A DNA stretch of 63,995 nt, counting the filler, from Malassezia furfur (lineage: Eukaryota), in NCBI GenBank assembly GCA_052055015.1. It is 8 parts of 8 records of this genome, joined end to end, with 100 filler letters (N's around TTAATTAATTAA, not from the genome) between each part and the next. Parts side by side here need not be neighbours in the genome. Positions count along the whole stretch, not along the records: positions 1 to 8,337 come from JBQJIT010000462.1; positions 8,438 to 16,767 come from JBQJIT010000463.1; 6 more parts are not named here. One strand, given 5' to 3'. This document shows positions 1-11,349 of the stretch, piece by piece. How positions within the stretch are numbered: the stretch's first letter is position 1; each line of letters begins with the position of its first letter. Below the pieces are notes generated by a model. The model searched no databases and was not told the DNA's origin. It worked only from the letters and a program-made list of their open reading frames with translations. Position numbers and translations under genes: made by a program.

Positions 1-75
1 ACGCGAAGGCGCACGCGTGTTGGTTTCTGGACGGACGCCGACGGCTGTTTGGGGGGTCGCCAACGCGTTTCCAGC

Positions 76-2408
76 ATGGATGGTGATTTGATTCAAGTTG
101 TGAATAGGCTGCAAGAGACGTTTACTGCGATCGGCGGGCACAGTGTGGATTTGCCACAATGCGTCGTCGTCGGGTCGCAGTCGTCTGGCAAGTCCAGTGT
201 GCTGGAGACGTACGTGTGCGCTGTACTGACCGCAGGATCGTGGGCCGGGACTTTTTGCCGCGAGGCAGTGGGATTGTGACTCGCCGCCCGCTGGTGCTGC
301 AGTTGATCCATGTGCCGTCGACGGACGGCGCGCGCATGCAGCCGGAGGAATACGGCGAGTTTCTGCACCTCGATCGCCGCTTCACCGACTTCGCGTCGAT
401 TCGCAACGAGATTGAGAACGAGACGTTCCGTGTGGCGGGGCAGAACAAGGGCATTTCGAAGCAGCCCATCCACCTGAAGATCTACAGCCCCAATGTGATC
501 AACCTGACGCTTGTTGACCTGCCCGGTCTGACCAAGATCCCGGTGGGCGACCAGCCGTCGGACATTGAGCGCCAGATCCGCTCGCTGGTGACCGACTACA
601 TCTCGAAGCCGAACTGCATCATTATGGCCGTGAGCCCGGCAAACGTCGACCTGGCTAACTCGGACAGCCTGAAGCTCGCGCGCAGCGTCGACCCGCAGGG
701 GAAGCGAACGATTGGTGTGCTCACCAAGCTCGACCTGATGGACTCGGGCACGAACGCGCTCGACATTCTGACCGGGCGCATCTACCCGCTGAAGCTCGGG
801 TTCGTCGGCGTGGTGAACCGTTCGCAGCAGGACATCAACAGCAACGTGCCGCTCGACATGGCTCGGCGCAGCGAGGAGGAGTTCTTCCGGTCGCACCCCG
901 CGTACCGTAACATTGCGCACCGCTGCGGCACCAAGTTCCTGGCCAAGACGCTGAACCAGGTGCTCATGAGCCACATCCGCGACCGCCTGCCCGACATGAA
1001 GGCGCGGCTCAACACGCTCATGGGCCAGGCGCAGCAGGAGCTCGCGTCGTTCGGCGACGTGGCCTTCATGGGCCACGAGCACCGCGGCACGCTTATCCTG
1101 AAGCTCATGACGCAGTTTGCGCGCGACTTCGTGGCGTCGATCGAGGGCACCTCGTTCGACATCTCGACCAAGGAGTTGTGTGGTGGCGCGCGTGTCTACT
1201 ACATTTTCCAGGACGTGTTTGGCCAGGCGCTCGGCTCGATCAACCCCGTGCAGAACCTCACCGTGCAGGACATCCGCACGGCGATCCGCAACTCGACCGG
1301 CCCGCGCCCCAGCCTGTTTGTGCCCGAGGCTGCGTTCGAGCTGCTGATCAAGCCGCAGATCAAGCTGCTCGAGCCGCCGAGCCTGCGGTGTGTCGAGCTG
1401 GTGTACGAGGAGCTGATGAAGATCTGCCACAACTGCACCAGCACCGAGCTGCAGCGCTTCCCGCGCCTGCACGCCCAGCTCATCGAGGTCGTGTCGGATC
1501 TGCTCCGCGAGCGCCTCGGACCCACGTCCGAGTACGTGCAGAGCCTCATCGACATCCAGGCCGCGTACATCAACACGAACCACCCGACCTTTGTGCAGGA
1601 CTCGGCGTCGATCGCCATGCACATGCGCGGGGCGCCGGCCAAGCCGCTCGCGGCGCCCAACAAGCCGCCGCACCACGAGACGTCGGTTGACTCGGACGTG
1701 GACGTGAGCAATGCGCCGTCTGAGGACGAGTCGGAGCACGCGCGGAGCACGCGCACCGTTGCTGTGAACGGCGCGCACCGCGATGCGCCCGCGTCGCACT
1801 CGCGCCCTGGTGCTAGCCGCACGCGTCCCCACGAGGCGGGCGACGCCGGGGGCGATGCGCTCGGCCCCAACGGCCAGCGCGAGTCGTTCCTGAACTACTT
1901 CTTCGGCGGCCCGAGCAGCCTGCCGCTGCACGAGCCGAGCGGGAGCGCGTCGAGCTTTGGGCTGCACACGCGCCTCGGGGAGCAGAAGCCCAACCTGCTC
2001 GCGGGCCGGGGTGGCCTCGAGGGCAGCAGCGCCGCATTCGACATGAAGAGCCTGGACTACTACCTGCAGTCGGACTCGATCCCGGACGACGAGCGCGCGC
2101 TGTCGGAGCGTGAGGCGGTCGAGGTGAACCTGATCCGCCAGCTGATCACGTCCTACTTCAACATTGTGCGCCTCTCGATCCAGGATCTCGTGCCCAAGGC
2201 GGTGATGCACCTGCTCGTCAACTTCTCGCGCGACACGGTGCAGAACCGGCTGGTGATCAACCTGTACAAGGAGAACCTCTTCGAGTCGCTGCTGCACGAG
2301 AATGAGGCGCTCACCAAGGAGCGCCAGCGCGTCCAGGCGCTGCTCGACGCGTACAAGGAGGGATTCAACGTTTTGTCCGAAATCACATTCAAGCCTACGA
2401 GTACATAG
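76..2408 (+). CDS. DNM1: Dynamin-related GTPase for mitochondrial fission (intron 210-235)
   Basis: [10 protein letters not shown]-loop, [21 protein letters not shown] and a C-terminal GED; a 26-nt GTACGT..CTGAC..CAG intron joins the two ORFs in frame. Confidence 0.92.
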
Positions 2409-2446
2409 GGTATAGAATAGGCCCCGCATCGTGCCTCTGCACCCGC

Positions 2447-3544
2447 TCAGCGCGCCTTGCGCCGCTGCGACCGCATCGCTTTCTTGAAGCGGTGCGCCGA
2501 CGCCGAGCCGGACACGAGCTCGTCGCCCCGGCCGGCGTCGCTGCGACGCGCGACGCGTGGCTCGTTCCGCGGTGCCTTGGCCGCGCGCTTGGCGAGCAGA
2601 TCGTACGCGCCCTCGCCACGCTCGCGGCGGCGCGCATCACGCTCGCTGCCACGCAGCAAGTCGCCAAACTCTTCCTCGATGCCGCCGCCAATTCGGTCCT
2701 TGTGCGCCGAAAGCCCCAGGCCACCGAGCGCCACGTCCTGCTCGTCGCGGCGCCGGCGCTTGGCGTCCTTCTTGGACATGGACAGACGCTTGTAGTTGTC
2801 CTCCTCGAACTCTTGCATGCGCTGCAGCGCACGCGCACGCGACGAGCCTGCCGTACCAACGGCACCGCCGCCGACACCCGCCGTGGACGTCTCGTACGGG
2901 TTCGTCGACATGCCCGCGGTGAGATCCGCCAGAAGCGCCGCATTGCGCGACGGCTGGCGCTCGCGGTTGCGCGCATTGCGCGACGGGCGCGCATCGGGGT
3001 CGTACAGCACCGGCGCCACTTTGGGCGGCTTGTACGTCGCGCCCTCCTCCTGCTCCTCGTCCTCGTCATCGGCGGCGCGCCCGGGCGCGGCACCTGCGGA
3101 GGCGAGCGCCTCAGGGTTCGGCCGGAATGCCAGTGGGTCGATCTCATCGTCCTCCGGCAGCGCCTTGTCGGCGGCGCTCGCGGCCTGGAGCAGCTTCTCG
3201 ACCTGGTACTTGATGCGCGTCTCCATCGGCCGCATTTTTTCCAGGACCAAGCGCAGCTTCACGAGACGCTCAACATACTCGGTACCCACTTCGTCCGTCA
3301 GTGACTTGCCCGACACGCGATGCGCGCACAGGAGCGCCATGTGGTGCAGGTATGCGAGCAGCGCATCGACCTTGACGGTGAGCAGTGAAAGGCCCTCAGG
3401 AAACTCGAGCTGCTTGTTCTCCGAGCTGCGTGAGCGTGACACGTACGCGTCCTTAAGCTTATCGATCTGCGGCCGCACCTCCTGGAGGCTATTGCCGATC
3501 GCCGCGCCAAGCGCTGCGACTTCGCTGCCGAGCGTACTCGCCAT
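2447..3544 (-). CDS. LCP5: U3 snoRNP/SSU processome protein Lcp5/neuroguidin (Sas10/Utp3/C1D family)
   Basis: EGLSLL.VK..LL.YL, RLVLEKMRPME..IKYQVEKLL, DPLAFRPNP, YKPPK motifs. Confidence 0.88.
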   Translation of the reverse strand: MASTLGSEVAALGAAIGNSLQEVRPQIDKLKDAYVSRSRSSENKQLEFPEGLSLLTVKVDALLAYLHHMALLCAHRVSGKSLTDEVGTEYVERLVKLRLVLEKMRPMETRIKYQVEKLLQAASAADKALPEDDEIDPLAFRPNPEALASAGAAPGRAADDEDEEQEEGATYKPPKVAPVLYDPDARPSRNARNRERQPSRNAALLADLTAGMSTNPYETSTAGVGGGAVGTAGSSRARALQRMQEFEEDNYKRLSMSKKDAKRRRRDEQDVALGGLGLSAHKDRIGGGIEEEFGDLLRGSERDARRRERGEGAYDLLAKRAAKAPRNEPRVARRSDAGRGDELVSGSASAHRFKKAMRSQRRKAR

Positions 3545-3623
3545 GGAGATGAGCGAAACCACAAAAAAATAGACGGTGCGACACGTGATCTATGTATGGC
3601 GTGTCTCGCACGGACGCTCGGTA

Positions 3624-5427
3624 TTAGAAGACCAGGTAGGCAATGTTGAGCAGAGGGAAACCGATCATCAGTCCGATCCAAAAGAGCAAGTTCCCCAGCG
3701 AGCGGTGGGTTTTGATAAACTTGGTCTGTGCCAGCATGATCAGGGGGTACTGCGACATTTGCGCCATGAATAGATATCCGCGCACTTTGCCGCTCACAAT
3801 GATCATCACAATCTCGTGCAGGACAGACGAGAAAAAGAAGGTCACAAGCGCCGCATGGCGCTTCGAGAGACCCCAGTTAAAGATGAGCGTAACATAGACG
3901 TGCTGCAGCAGGAAATGGTGGACGGGCTGCGTGAGTGCGGGGACGTACCCTGTTCCACTTCCGCGAGAACTCGTCCATCGACGCCGAGTTCCACCAGTCC
4001 TGGTAAAATTCGCGGTCTGCAAAGCGCGTCAGCTCCGCAAAGCCGTTGCAGATACACTCAAACATGAGGTAGAAGATGAGCAAATACTGGCATCAGCGTC
4101 TCACGTACGCAAAGCATCATGGGCGGGCCGAGACGCAAAAAGACCGACAGGAAGTCGTTCTTGTCGTCGACCGTCACCGGCATAATGAGGTTCACCGTAA
4201 TCACGTAGAGTACGAAGAAGGTGCCAAACGTGGCAAACACGCGCTCCAGCACGTACTCGGGGCGCACGCGCTCCGTACGCGGGTACTGCAGCTGGTACAC
4301 CAGCGACGGCACCAGCTGGAAGTCCCAGAAGTTGGCGACCGACACGTTGTACGGCCACATCGGCCCGAGGCCCTGGTCGTCCAGGTTGTTGTAGAGCAGC
4401 TCGCGCAGCTGTGAAATCTCTGTCGCGAGACGCTTTGTGGTCGGGTCCGGGTGCCACATGAAGGGATGCGGATCGTGTACGTCGTGGTCCGGGCACCCGA
4501 TGTCCGACTTCTTGGGGTGATCTGACAGCTTCTCATTGTCGAGTGCCGAAACGAGGCGCTGGTGCTCGGGCATGGGCGAGCGTGCACGCGGAATCTGGTT
4601 GCGGAGACGAGGGAGCCATTGGTGGGCGCGTTCCATCGAGCTGCCGGTCTGCATCGAGCGCGAGGCCCACACCTCGAACGGGTCGTCCTGTGGTGCCTCT
4701 TCAAAGGATGCCAGCGTCGAGGGTGCCGAGCAAAGGTTCGTGTCGCGCACTGCACGAGTCCAGGCCTCATTGATGTCGGTGTTGTAAAACTCTGCGAGGC
4801 GCTGGTTAAGCTTTTTCTGGAGCACCTCCATATCGTTGTACGTGTCGGACATGATGCCGTTCAACATCAGGTAGCTGTGCACCTTCATCATCATGACGAA
4901 CGAGTGCATCACAAAGAAGCCCGACTGTACCCAGGGCCATTCACTGTGTGAGACTTGCGACGTACCGGACTCGAGTCCAGGTCACAACTGTGCCGATCAG
5001 CATGCAGTGCATCAGCCAGAGGAAGGCGACCAGGCGCCCCTGAAACCGGCAGCGGTACTTGTGCAGGATCTTAACGAACGGCACAGTGATAAAGGTAGAA
5101 CCCACGAGCACAGCGTCGCTCAATGCAAGGATCATCGCGTCGCGGCTCATGAGCGTTGCAAACGTCATACTGAGCAACTCGCCCGTGGACCGCCATGACT
5201 GCAGAAATAGGTTCAGCACAAACAGGGCCATGTATATCCAGAAGAGGGTGTAAAACCCGCGGAAGCTACAGTGAGTCGTGAGACACGTACGTGTCTTTGG
5301 ACGTGACCGCATTGTCACGATCCAGCAGCGAGACGCGGGGGACGTAAGTCACGGAGCGAAGCACCTTTTTGCCAAGGCGCTCCTCGTGCACAATTGGCAC
5401 GGTATTCACGGTAGGTGGTTGTGCCAT
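3624..5427 (-). CDS. Sterol O-acyltransferase, MBOAT family (introns 5266-5290, 4944-4965, 4087-4108, 3927-3948)
   Basis: MKVHSY, FADREFYQDWWNS, WNRPVHHFL, SSVLHE (ARE1/ARE2/ACAT signature); four introns restore one frame. Confidence 0.9.
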
Positions 5428-5612
5428 ACCAAGCCAGGTCAGGCTAGCTGCGGGAATTAGAGCTACGTTCCCGTTTCGGTATCCCACGGCCCGTCCGTCC
5501 GCGGTCCGCTGTGGACCTGCCGCCTCCACCCGCTAGGCCGTGCGGGCGGACCACCGATCGGCCCTCCACACCCACGCGCGGCCATTTCGCACGTCTTCGT
5601 CGCTCCACTTGC

Positions 5613-6677
5613 ATGACAGCTCCGCGGAGTCGACGAGTCCGCGCTGGGGGCCTGGCGCCGGACGTGGCGCGCACGGTGGTGTCTGAGTTCGGGCTGATCT
5701 TCGCGCTGATCTTTGGCGGGTGCTGCAGCAATGCGTGGGCGCTCGAGCTCACCACCAAGCTGCTCCCCACATCGGGCACGCTAATGACGCTCGTCCAGTT
5801 TGGCGCGACCGCGCTCGTCGCGCTCGTCGGCGAGCTGGAGTGGCGCACGGCGCGCAACATACCCTACCCCATGCTCAAGCGCCCCGCCGTGCCGTTGCGC
5901 CGATGGGCTGTGCAGGTGGTGCTGTACTTTGCCACCAGCCTGCTGAACAACACGGCGTTTGCGTACGACATCCCCATGTCGGTGCACATTGTGTTCCGGA
6001 GCGGCGGCATGGTGGTCAATATGCTACTCGGCTATGCCATCGACCGCAAACGGTATTCAATGCTGCAGGTGCTGAGCGTCGCGCTCGTGACCGCCGGCGT
6101 CGTCGTCGCGACGCTGTCGGCGGCGCACCCCGCGCACGCCGCGTCGCGCTCCACGGAGCAGTATGCGACAGGCGTGCTGCTGCTGAGCCTTGCGCTGCTT
6201 TCTTCGGGCGTGATGGGCATCTTCCAGGAGCACACCTACGCAAAGTACGGGCGCGAGCACTGGCACGAGGCGCTCTTCTACTCGCACCTGTTTGCGCTGC
6301 CGCTCTTTCTCCTACACGCGCGCGGCCTCGCGGCACAGGTGCACGAGGCGAATGCGACGCCGCCGCGGTGGGTAGGGATCGGTGGGCTCGGTGTGCGTGT
6401 GCCGTCCTACTACATTGTGCTCACGCTCAACGTCCTCACGCAGCTGCTGTGCGTCAACGGCGTGAACCGCCTGACCTCGCGCGTGTCGAGTTTGAGCGTG
6501 TCGCTCGTGCTCGTGGTACGCAAGGCCGCGAGCCTGGTCATCTCCGTGGTGGTGCTCAACGGGCACGCGGGGAATGTAGCATTATGGAGCGGCGCTGCGG
6601 CCGTCATGGTCGGCACCGTGGGATATACGTACGGCGGCCTGCAGCGCGCCCCCAAAATCCGCAGCAAGGAAGCGTGA
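5613..6677 (+). CDS. YEA4: UDP-GlcNAc/UDP-xylose transporter (SLC35B4 family)
   Basis: LIFGGCCSN, HIVFRSG, EALFYSH, TQLLCV.GV..L, RKAASL; multiple TM helices. Confidence 0.88.
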   Translation: MTAPRSRRVRAGGLAPDVARTVVSEFGLIFALIFGGCCSNAWALELTTKLLPTSGTLMTLVQFGATALVALVGELEWRTARNIPYPMLKRPAVPLRRWAVQVVLYFATSLLNNTAFAYDIPMSVHIVFRSGGMVVNMLLGYAIDRKRYSMLQVLSVALVTAGVVVATLSAAHPAHAASRSTEQYATGVLLLSLALLSSGVMGIFQEHTYAKYGREHWHEALFYSHLFALPLFLLHARGLAAQVHEANATPPRWVGIGGLGVRVPSYYIVLTLNVLTQLLCVNGVNRLTSRVSSLSVSLVLVVRKAASLVISVVVLNGHAGNVALWSGAAAVMVGTVGYTYGGLQRAPKIRSKEA

Positions 6678-6687
6678 AGGTAGACGT

Positions 6688-8337
6688 TTAGGTTTTCTGC
6701 GCGGTTTCTGCGCGTGCATTGTCCGCACACACGGCCTGCACCGTGTCGGGCGCCGCTTCGCCGAGCGCGGGGCGCGGCAGCGCCGCGGGCGCGGGCGCGC
6801 GGGTATACGCGAGGTGCACCACATCGCGGTGGTCGCTGCACACCGCCTCGAACGCCACGGGTGTCGCGGTGCCATGTTCGATCGCGTACCACTGCGTGTC
6901 ATCGAGCACGTAGGCGCCGTCGCCCGCGCCGCCCGCCACAAGCACGGCACACAGCGTGTACTGCGAGCGCGCGTCGTGCGTCTCGGGCATCGCGGCGACG
7001 AGCGCCCGGTGCGTCGTGCGCACCTCATCGTGCAGCGTGCGCAGCCGTGCATCGAGGGCATCGAGGTCGTTCGTAAGCGCTGCGTCGACGTCCGCGAGCC
7101 AGGTGGCGAGCGGCGCGTACGCCTCGCCCGCGTCCCGCACGCGCTGCGCGTCGCGCAACAGCGGGGCGAGGGGCGTGCCGCGCGGCGCGACGAGGTGCGC
7201 ACGCTGCTGCTCGAGCGCGCGCATTTCGGCCTCGGCGTCGCGCAGCTGCGCCCAGCGCGGGTCGGCGTCGATGCGCGCGCCGCGCTGCGTGTCCCACAGA
7301 AAGGGCGCGAGGTCGATCGTGGGCTCGATGCAGAACGGGACCAGTTCGCCCGAAGTGGCGTCGCGCTGCACGTTCAGCAGGAGGACGTCGGCGGCGTGCG
7401 TGATGAGCAGCGAGTCCATCTCGCTGTTCTCCCGCAGTTTCGATACGAGACACGCGTGCACGGTCGCATCTGTGTCGGTGTGCACGAGTGTGATGGTCGC
7501 CGTGGGCTGTGTGGCGCCGCTCGGCGGCACGCTGCCGTCCGCCGGGGCGCTCGGCAGCGCGACGGCCGCAAACGACTGGAAGAGCTGCGCGGCGCGCGCA
7601 TGGGCCTCGGCACGCACGGCCGCGGTCTCGGCGCGCGTCGTGCACACGATCTGCTCGTTGACCAAGTGCATCGCGTCGACGTAGGCGTGCACCAACGCCT
7701 CGAGCAGCGCCTCGAGCAGTGCATGCACATCCGCCTTGCGGCTCGCGCGCAGGATCACGTCGGACGGCACGTACTCCAGCACGTCGCCGAGCACGATAAC
7801 GGCGCGTGCCGTGTGCTGCATCGTGGTAAACAGAGTCTGGATGCGCTGCACCCACGCGAGCCGCGCCTGGCGCTCTGCGGGGACGGGCGCGTCGTCCGGC
7901 CGGAGCGCCGGCGCGCCACGCCAGTAGTCCTCGAGCGACAAGATGGTTTCCGCGCGCGGGAAGCGCAGGAAGGCGTCGCGTGCACGGGGCACGGCGTACA
8001 GCGCCTGCAGCGCCAACGCGACGGCGGTGTGTGCGGGGACTTTGGGGACCAGCACCACAGGGCTGTGTGAGTCACGCAACACGTACGCTCCGTCGGTCCG
8101 GCGGCGGTCGAGCGCGCGCACATCGTCCTCGTGCGCAGCGTCACGCTGCGTCTCGGACTGGACACTTTCGGCCAAAACGCGCATCAGTTCTTCGTCGTCC
8201 GACGCGCGGCGTCCGCCGGGCGCCGGCTGTTCGGCCATCGATGCGGCCATCGCCTTTTGCAGCTCGACGTCCTCGTCGTCGCGGTCCGTGTACGAGGGCG
8301 GCGCGGGCAGTGCCGCGGGCGCGGGCGTGGGCGCGGG
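6688..8337 (-). CDS. UIM-containing protein with a degenerate USP/UCH-like fold; 5' end cut by gap
   Basis: Two UIM-like motifs (EDVELQKAMAASM, DEELMRVLAES); Cys-box-like LALQALYAVPRARDAFL and His-box-like YTLCAVLV...QWY segments lacking catalytic residues. Confidence 0.6.
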   Translation of the reverse strand, partial: PAPTPAPAALPAPPSYTDRDDEDVELQKAMAASMAEQPAPGGRRASDDEELMRVLAESVQSETQRDAAHEDDVRALDRRRTDGAYVLRDSHSPVVLVPKVPAHTAVALALQALYAVPRARDAFLRFPRAETILSLEDYWRGAPALRPDDAPVPAERQARLAWVQRIQTLFTTMQHTARAVIVLGDVLEYVPSDVILRASRKADVHALLEALLEALVHAYVDAMHLVNEQIVCTTRAETAAVRAEAHARAAQLFQSFAAVALPSAPADGSVPPSGATQPTATITLVHTDTDATVHACLVSKLRENSEMDSLLITHAADVLLLNVQRDATSGELVPFCIEPTIDLAPFLWDTQRGARIDADPRWAQLRDAEAEMRALEQQRAHLVAPRGTPLAPLLRDAQRVRDAGEAYAPLATWLADVDAALTNDLDALDARLRTLHDEVRTTHRALVAAMPETHDARSQYTLCAVLVAGGAGDGAYVLDDTQWYAIEHGTATPVAFEAVCSDHRDVVHLAYTRAPAPAALPRPALGEAAPDTVQAVCADNARAETAQKT

Positions 8338-8437
8338 NNNNNNNNNNNNNNNNNNNNNNNNNNNNNNNNNNNNNNNNNNNNTTAATTAATTAANNNNNNN
8401 NNNNNNNNNNNNNNNNNNNNNNNNNNNNNNNNNNNNN
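8338..8437. other. Artificial contig spacer
   Basis: N44-TTAATTAATTAA-N44, a six-frame stop linker. Confidence 0.99.
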
Positions 8438-8525
8438 GGGCCGTGGGCGTGGTGGCCGTGGGCGTGGTGGTCGGGGCCGTGGGCGCGGCCGGGGCGGTGC
8501 GCGTCCCGAGTGGGCGGATGCGTAG
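8438..8525 (+). CDS. 3' end of a gene with an RG/RGG-repeat tail (probable RNA-binding protein)
   Basis: Translates GRGRGGRGRGGRGRGRGRGGARPEWADA*, followed by AT-richer 3' sequence. Confidence 0.6.
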
Positions 8526-8610
8526 CCATGTAGTACAAATTCGATGAATGACATGCAACTATAATGAAAACAAAGCAGACAGATGCGCTTGAGCTGCGCA
8601 GCCCACGGGG

Positions 8611-11349
8611 CTACGCGAGGGCATATTGCTGCAAGTGTCCCAAACAGGCTTGGTAGAGGACCCTGAGATTCAATGAGCTGGGCGTCGTCCAGGCGGCCAA
8701 GAACAGATCAGTGGTGGGGTGGGAGGGGGAGTGGATAATACACGGAGAATCGGACGCCCAGCGCGTGAGCTTTTCCTGGAACAGGACCGCGGCGGTGTGC
8801 AGTGCCGAGCCGGGCGCCTGTGGCGTCGGCTTGGACGCGAGCAGCCCCTGCGCCGCGGCCTCGCCAAGGATGTGCGCGAGGTTGATTTGGCTGCCAAAGA
8901 TGCGAATCGCGTCGGGCGTTACGCCCTCGTCCGCGACGCACCCCTCGAGCGGGATGTCGTGCAACAGTGCGGGCTGCTCGAGCGCGCCGATCGTCTGCGT
9001 AAAGAGCATACGCGTGTGCCCATTGCTCTCGACCTGGTTGAGACGATCCAAAATAAAGATCACCCATAGGTACCGCTTGAGCATCTCGCGGTGGAAAATG
9101 GCCGCGCCCAGCGTCGGCTCCGACGGCTGCAGCACCACCGGCTGCTCGCTGAGCGCCAGGCACGCGCGCACGGCACACGACAGCGCGAGCGAGGCCTCGT
9201 CGTACTGCTTGCATCGGTACAAGTACAGGTCGAGCACGATGAGCGACTCGACAAATTCCTGGGCCAGCTCCTCGACGGCCGGCTCGGCGGTGCGCGGCGT
9301 CAGCAGGCCGCGCGCCACGCGGTAGCACGCGAGTCCAAACGGCCACGGCGACGTCGGCGGCGCTGCGGCCGTCGCGATCGCGGGGTGCAGCGTCGTGGCG
9401 AGCGCGACGAGCAAAAGGAGCAGCGCCTGGCGCTGGCGCGCCTGGGTCGGCGTCCACTGCGGCGCGCCATGTTGGGTCGCGGAAGCCAGGTAGCGCTCGA
9501 TCAGGCCCCATTGCAGGAAGGGCAGCGTGCGCTGCAGATCGTCCTTCGCAAGGCGAAGCAAGGGGCGCACGGCGTCCTGGCTGAGCATGGCATCGGCCTG
9601 CGCCCGCAGCGCGTCGTAGTCGGCCTCGCCGCGCGCGCCGGGCGGGAAGAGCATGCGCGCGCTGGTGGCGCTGTCGGGTGCCGCGCCGGGGTACGGCGGC
9701 GACTGCGCCTGAGATTGGTACAGGCTCGCGAGGCTCTGTGGGTGTTCGGACGCGGGGACATGCGCCATGTGCCCATTCGCGTCGAGCACGCGCACATACA
9801 TTGATGCGGCGGCCGTGCACCCCTGCGCCTCTTCCTGGAGGAGATGCTCGCCGCCGGCGGCAGGCGATGCCTCGGTCAGGCGCCCTGGGCCATGCTGAGC
9901 ATAAAACTCGGTTAGCTGCCGTGTAGCAACGTTGCCGACGCTCTGCGACGTGAGAAAGTGGTCGAGCGCCGCCTGGCACTGGTCCCCCGCGCCTTCGGGC
10001 TCGCGTGCCGTAGGCGACGCCGACGCCACGGGCGCCGCGGGCGAGTCAGTGGCGATCGGCTTGGTCAACAGGGAGAGGTCCCTGGCCGCCGACTCGGGCT
10101 TCTTCCATGCCGGGTCGTCGGCGAGGGTGTCGCTTGTGGGCACGGGCGACGCAACGCTCGACGGCAGGCTCGATGCGCCCGCCGAGAGCTCCTGCTGCCC
10201 GAGGCCAAACAGTGACGAGGAAGGCAGACTGTACGGGGAGGCAAGCTGCTCCGTGCCGCCCGCCGCGCCGTACGACGGCGTGGGATTGGCAGACATGCCC
10301 GTCGCGTTCATCTGCAGCGCCTGGAGATGGGGCGGGAACGAGGGCCAGACGTTGGAGGGCAAATTGTTGAGCACGTCCATGGCGAGGCCTGCCGGCAGAC
10401 CGCTCGCCGTCCCCGCTCCCGCTTTTCCTGCCTCGCCGTACATGCCCGGCGCCGTGGCATCGCTGGAGCTGAGCCACAGGTTGGGCCCGTTCAAGCCGCT
10501 GGCACTTAGGCCGTCCAGCGATGCCTGAACCGGTGCGGTGCCATTGGCGGCCATGGCCGCCGTGGTCGTCGGCACGACAAAGCCCTGCGCGTCGAGGGGC
10601 GTCGCCTCGGCGGGGCGCGCGCCGGGCGCCGCGGACGCGTCTGACACCCTGTCGCCCACACCGCGCTTCGGGCCATACTTGGACTGGCGCGAGCTGCGGC
10701 TGCGGAATACGATCCCGGCGTTGTCCATCATCGCGCGTTCGCGTCTGGGGTAAGTCGGTGTCGACATACTTGCTCGGCGGCCCACGTTTGCGGAGCACGT
10801 CGTCCGATGTGCACACGCGTCCCGATTGCGCACAGTGTCCACACGTCGGCTTTTTGCGGTCGCACTGGGTGAGTGGCGTGAGCGACGTACCTTGATTTTG
10901 CGTTTCCGGCAGTAGTCGCACGCGGCTTGGCCCTCGGCAGAGTCAGGCATGCGCGCCCGAAACGCCTTGAGGAACTCGTGCGCATACAGCGTGTCGCGGT
11001 TGTTGCGCGCCGTGCTCCAGTCCATCGGGTTCGCGAGCCGTCGCTTGTGGGCGGGCTGCGATACGGAGCGATGCACGTCGTTGGCGGCGCCAAAGTTGGG
11101 CGATAGCATAAAGTTGCTCGTCTCGCCAAACGTGCTTTGTGAGTTCCACCCATTCAGGCTCTGATCCCAAGGGAGCGGCAGAGCGTCGATTGCGCCGTCG
11201 GGCGTGGGTGCGTACGTGGGCCCAAAGGGCAAGGTCGCGCCTGTCTCGCCGGCCTGCGGGCGAGTGAGAAGTACATCTGGCGTTGTCATGGCCGGCTGCA
11301 TGTCTAGCGTCGGCACCGGCTGGTTGGGCACAACATGGCTCCAGTCCAT
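8611..11349 (-). CDS. Zn(II)2Cys6 fungal transcription factor (introns 10865-10890, 10745-10769)
   Basis: Spliced ACDYCRKRKIKCDRKKPTCGHCAQSGRVC..RKRGPP; C-terminal fungal TF middle-homology-like region (KRYLWVIFILDR). Confidence 0.88.
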   Translation of the reverse strand: MDWSHVVPNQPVPTLDMQPAMTTPDVLLTRPQAGETGATLPFGPTYAPTPDGAIDALPLPWDQSLNGWNSQSTFGETSNFMLSPNFGAANDVHRSVSQPAHKRRLANPMDWSTARNNRDTLYAHEFLKAFRARMPDSAEGQAACDYCRKRKIKVRRSRHSPSATAKSRRVDTVRNRDACAHRTTCSANVGRRASMSTPTYPRRERAMMDNAGIVFRSRSSRQSKYGPKRGVGDRVSDASAAPGARPAEATPLDAQGFVVPTTTAAMAANGTAPVQASLDGLSASGLNGPNLWLSSSDATAPGMYGEAGKAGAGTASGLPAGLAMDVLNNLPSNVWPSFPPHLQALQMNATGMSANPTPSYGAAGGTEQLASPYSLPSSSLFGLGQQELSAGASSLPSSVASPVPTSDTLADDPAWKKPESAARDLSLLTKPIATDSPAAPVASASPTAREPEGAGDQCQAALDHFLTSQSVGNVATRQLTEFYAQHGPGRLTEASPAAGGEHLLQEEAQGCTAAASMYVRVLDANGHMAHVPASEHPQSLASLYQSQAQSPPYPGAAPDSATSARMLFPPGARGEADYDALRAQADAMLSQDAVRPLLRLAKDDLQRTLPFLQWGLIERYLASATQHGAPQWTPTQARQRQALLLLLVALATTLHPAIATAAAPPTSPWPFGLACYRVARGLLTPRTAEPAVEELAQEFVESLIVLDLYLYRCKQYDEASLALSCAVRACLALSEQPVVLQPSEPTLGAAIFHREMLKRYLWVIFILDRLNQVESNGHTRMLFTQTIGALEQPALLHDIPLEGCVADEGVTPDAIRIFGSQINLAHILGEAAAQGLLASKPTPQAPGSALHTAAVLFQEKLTRWASDSPCIIHSPSHPTTDLFLAAWTTPSSLNLRVLYQACLGHLQQYALA

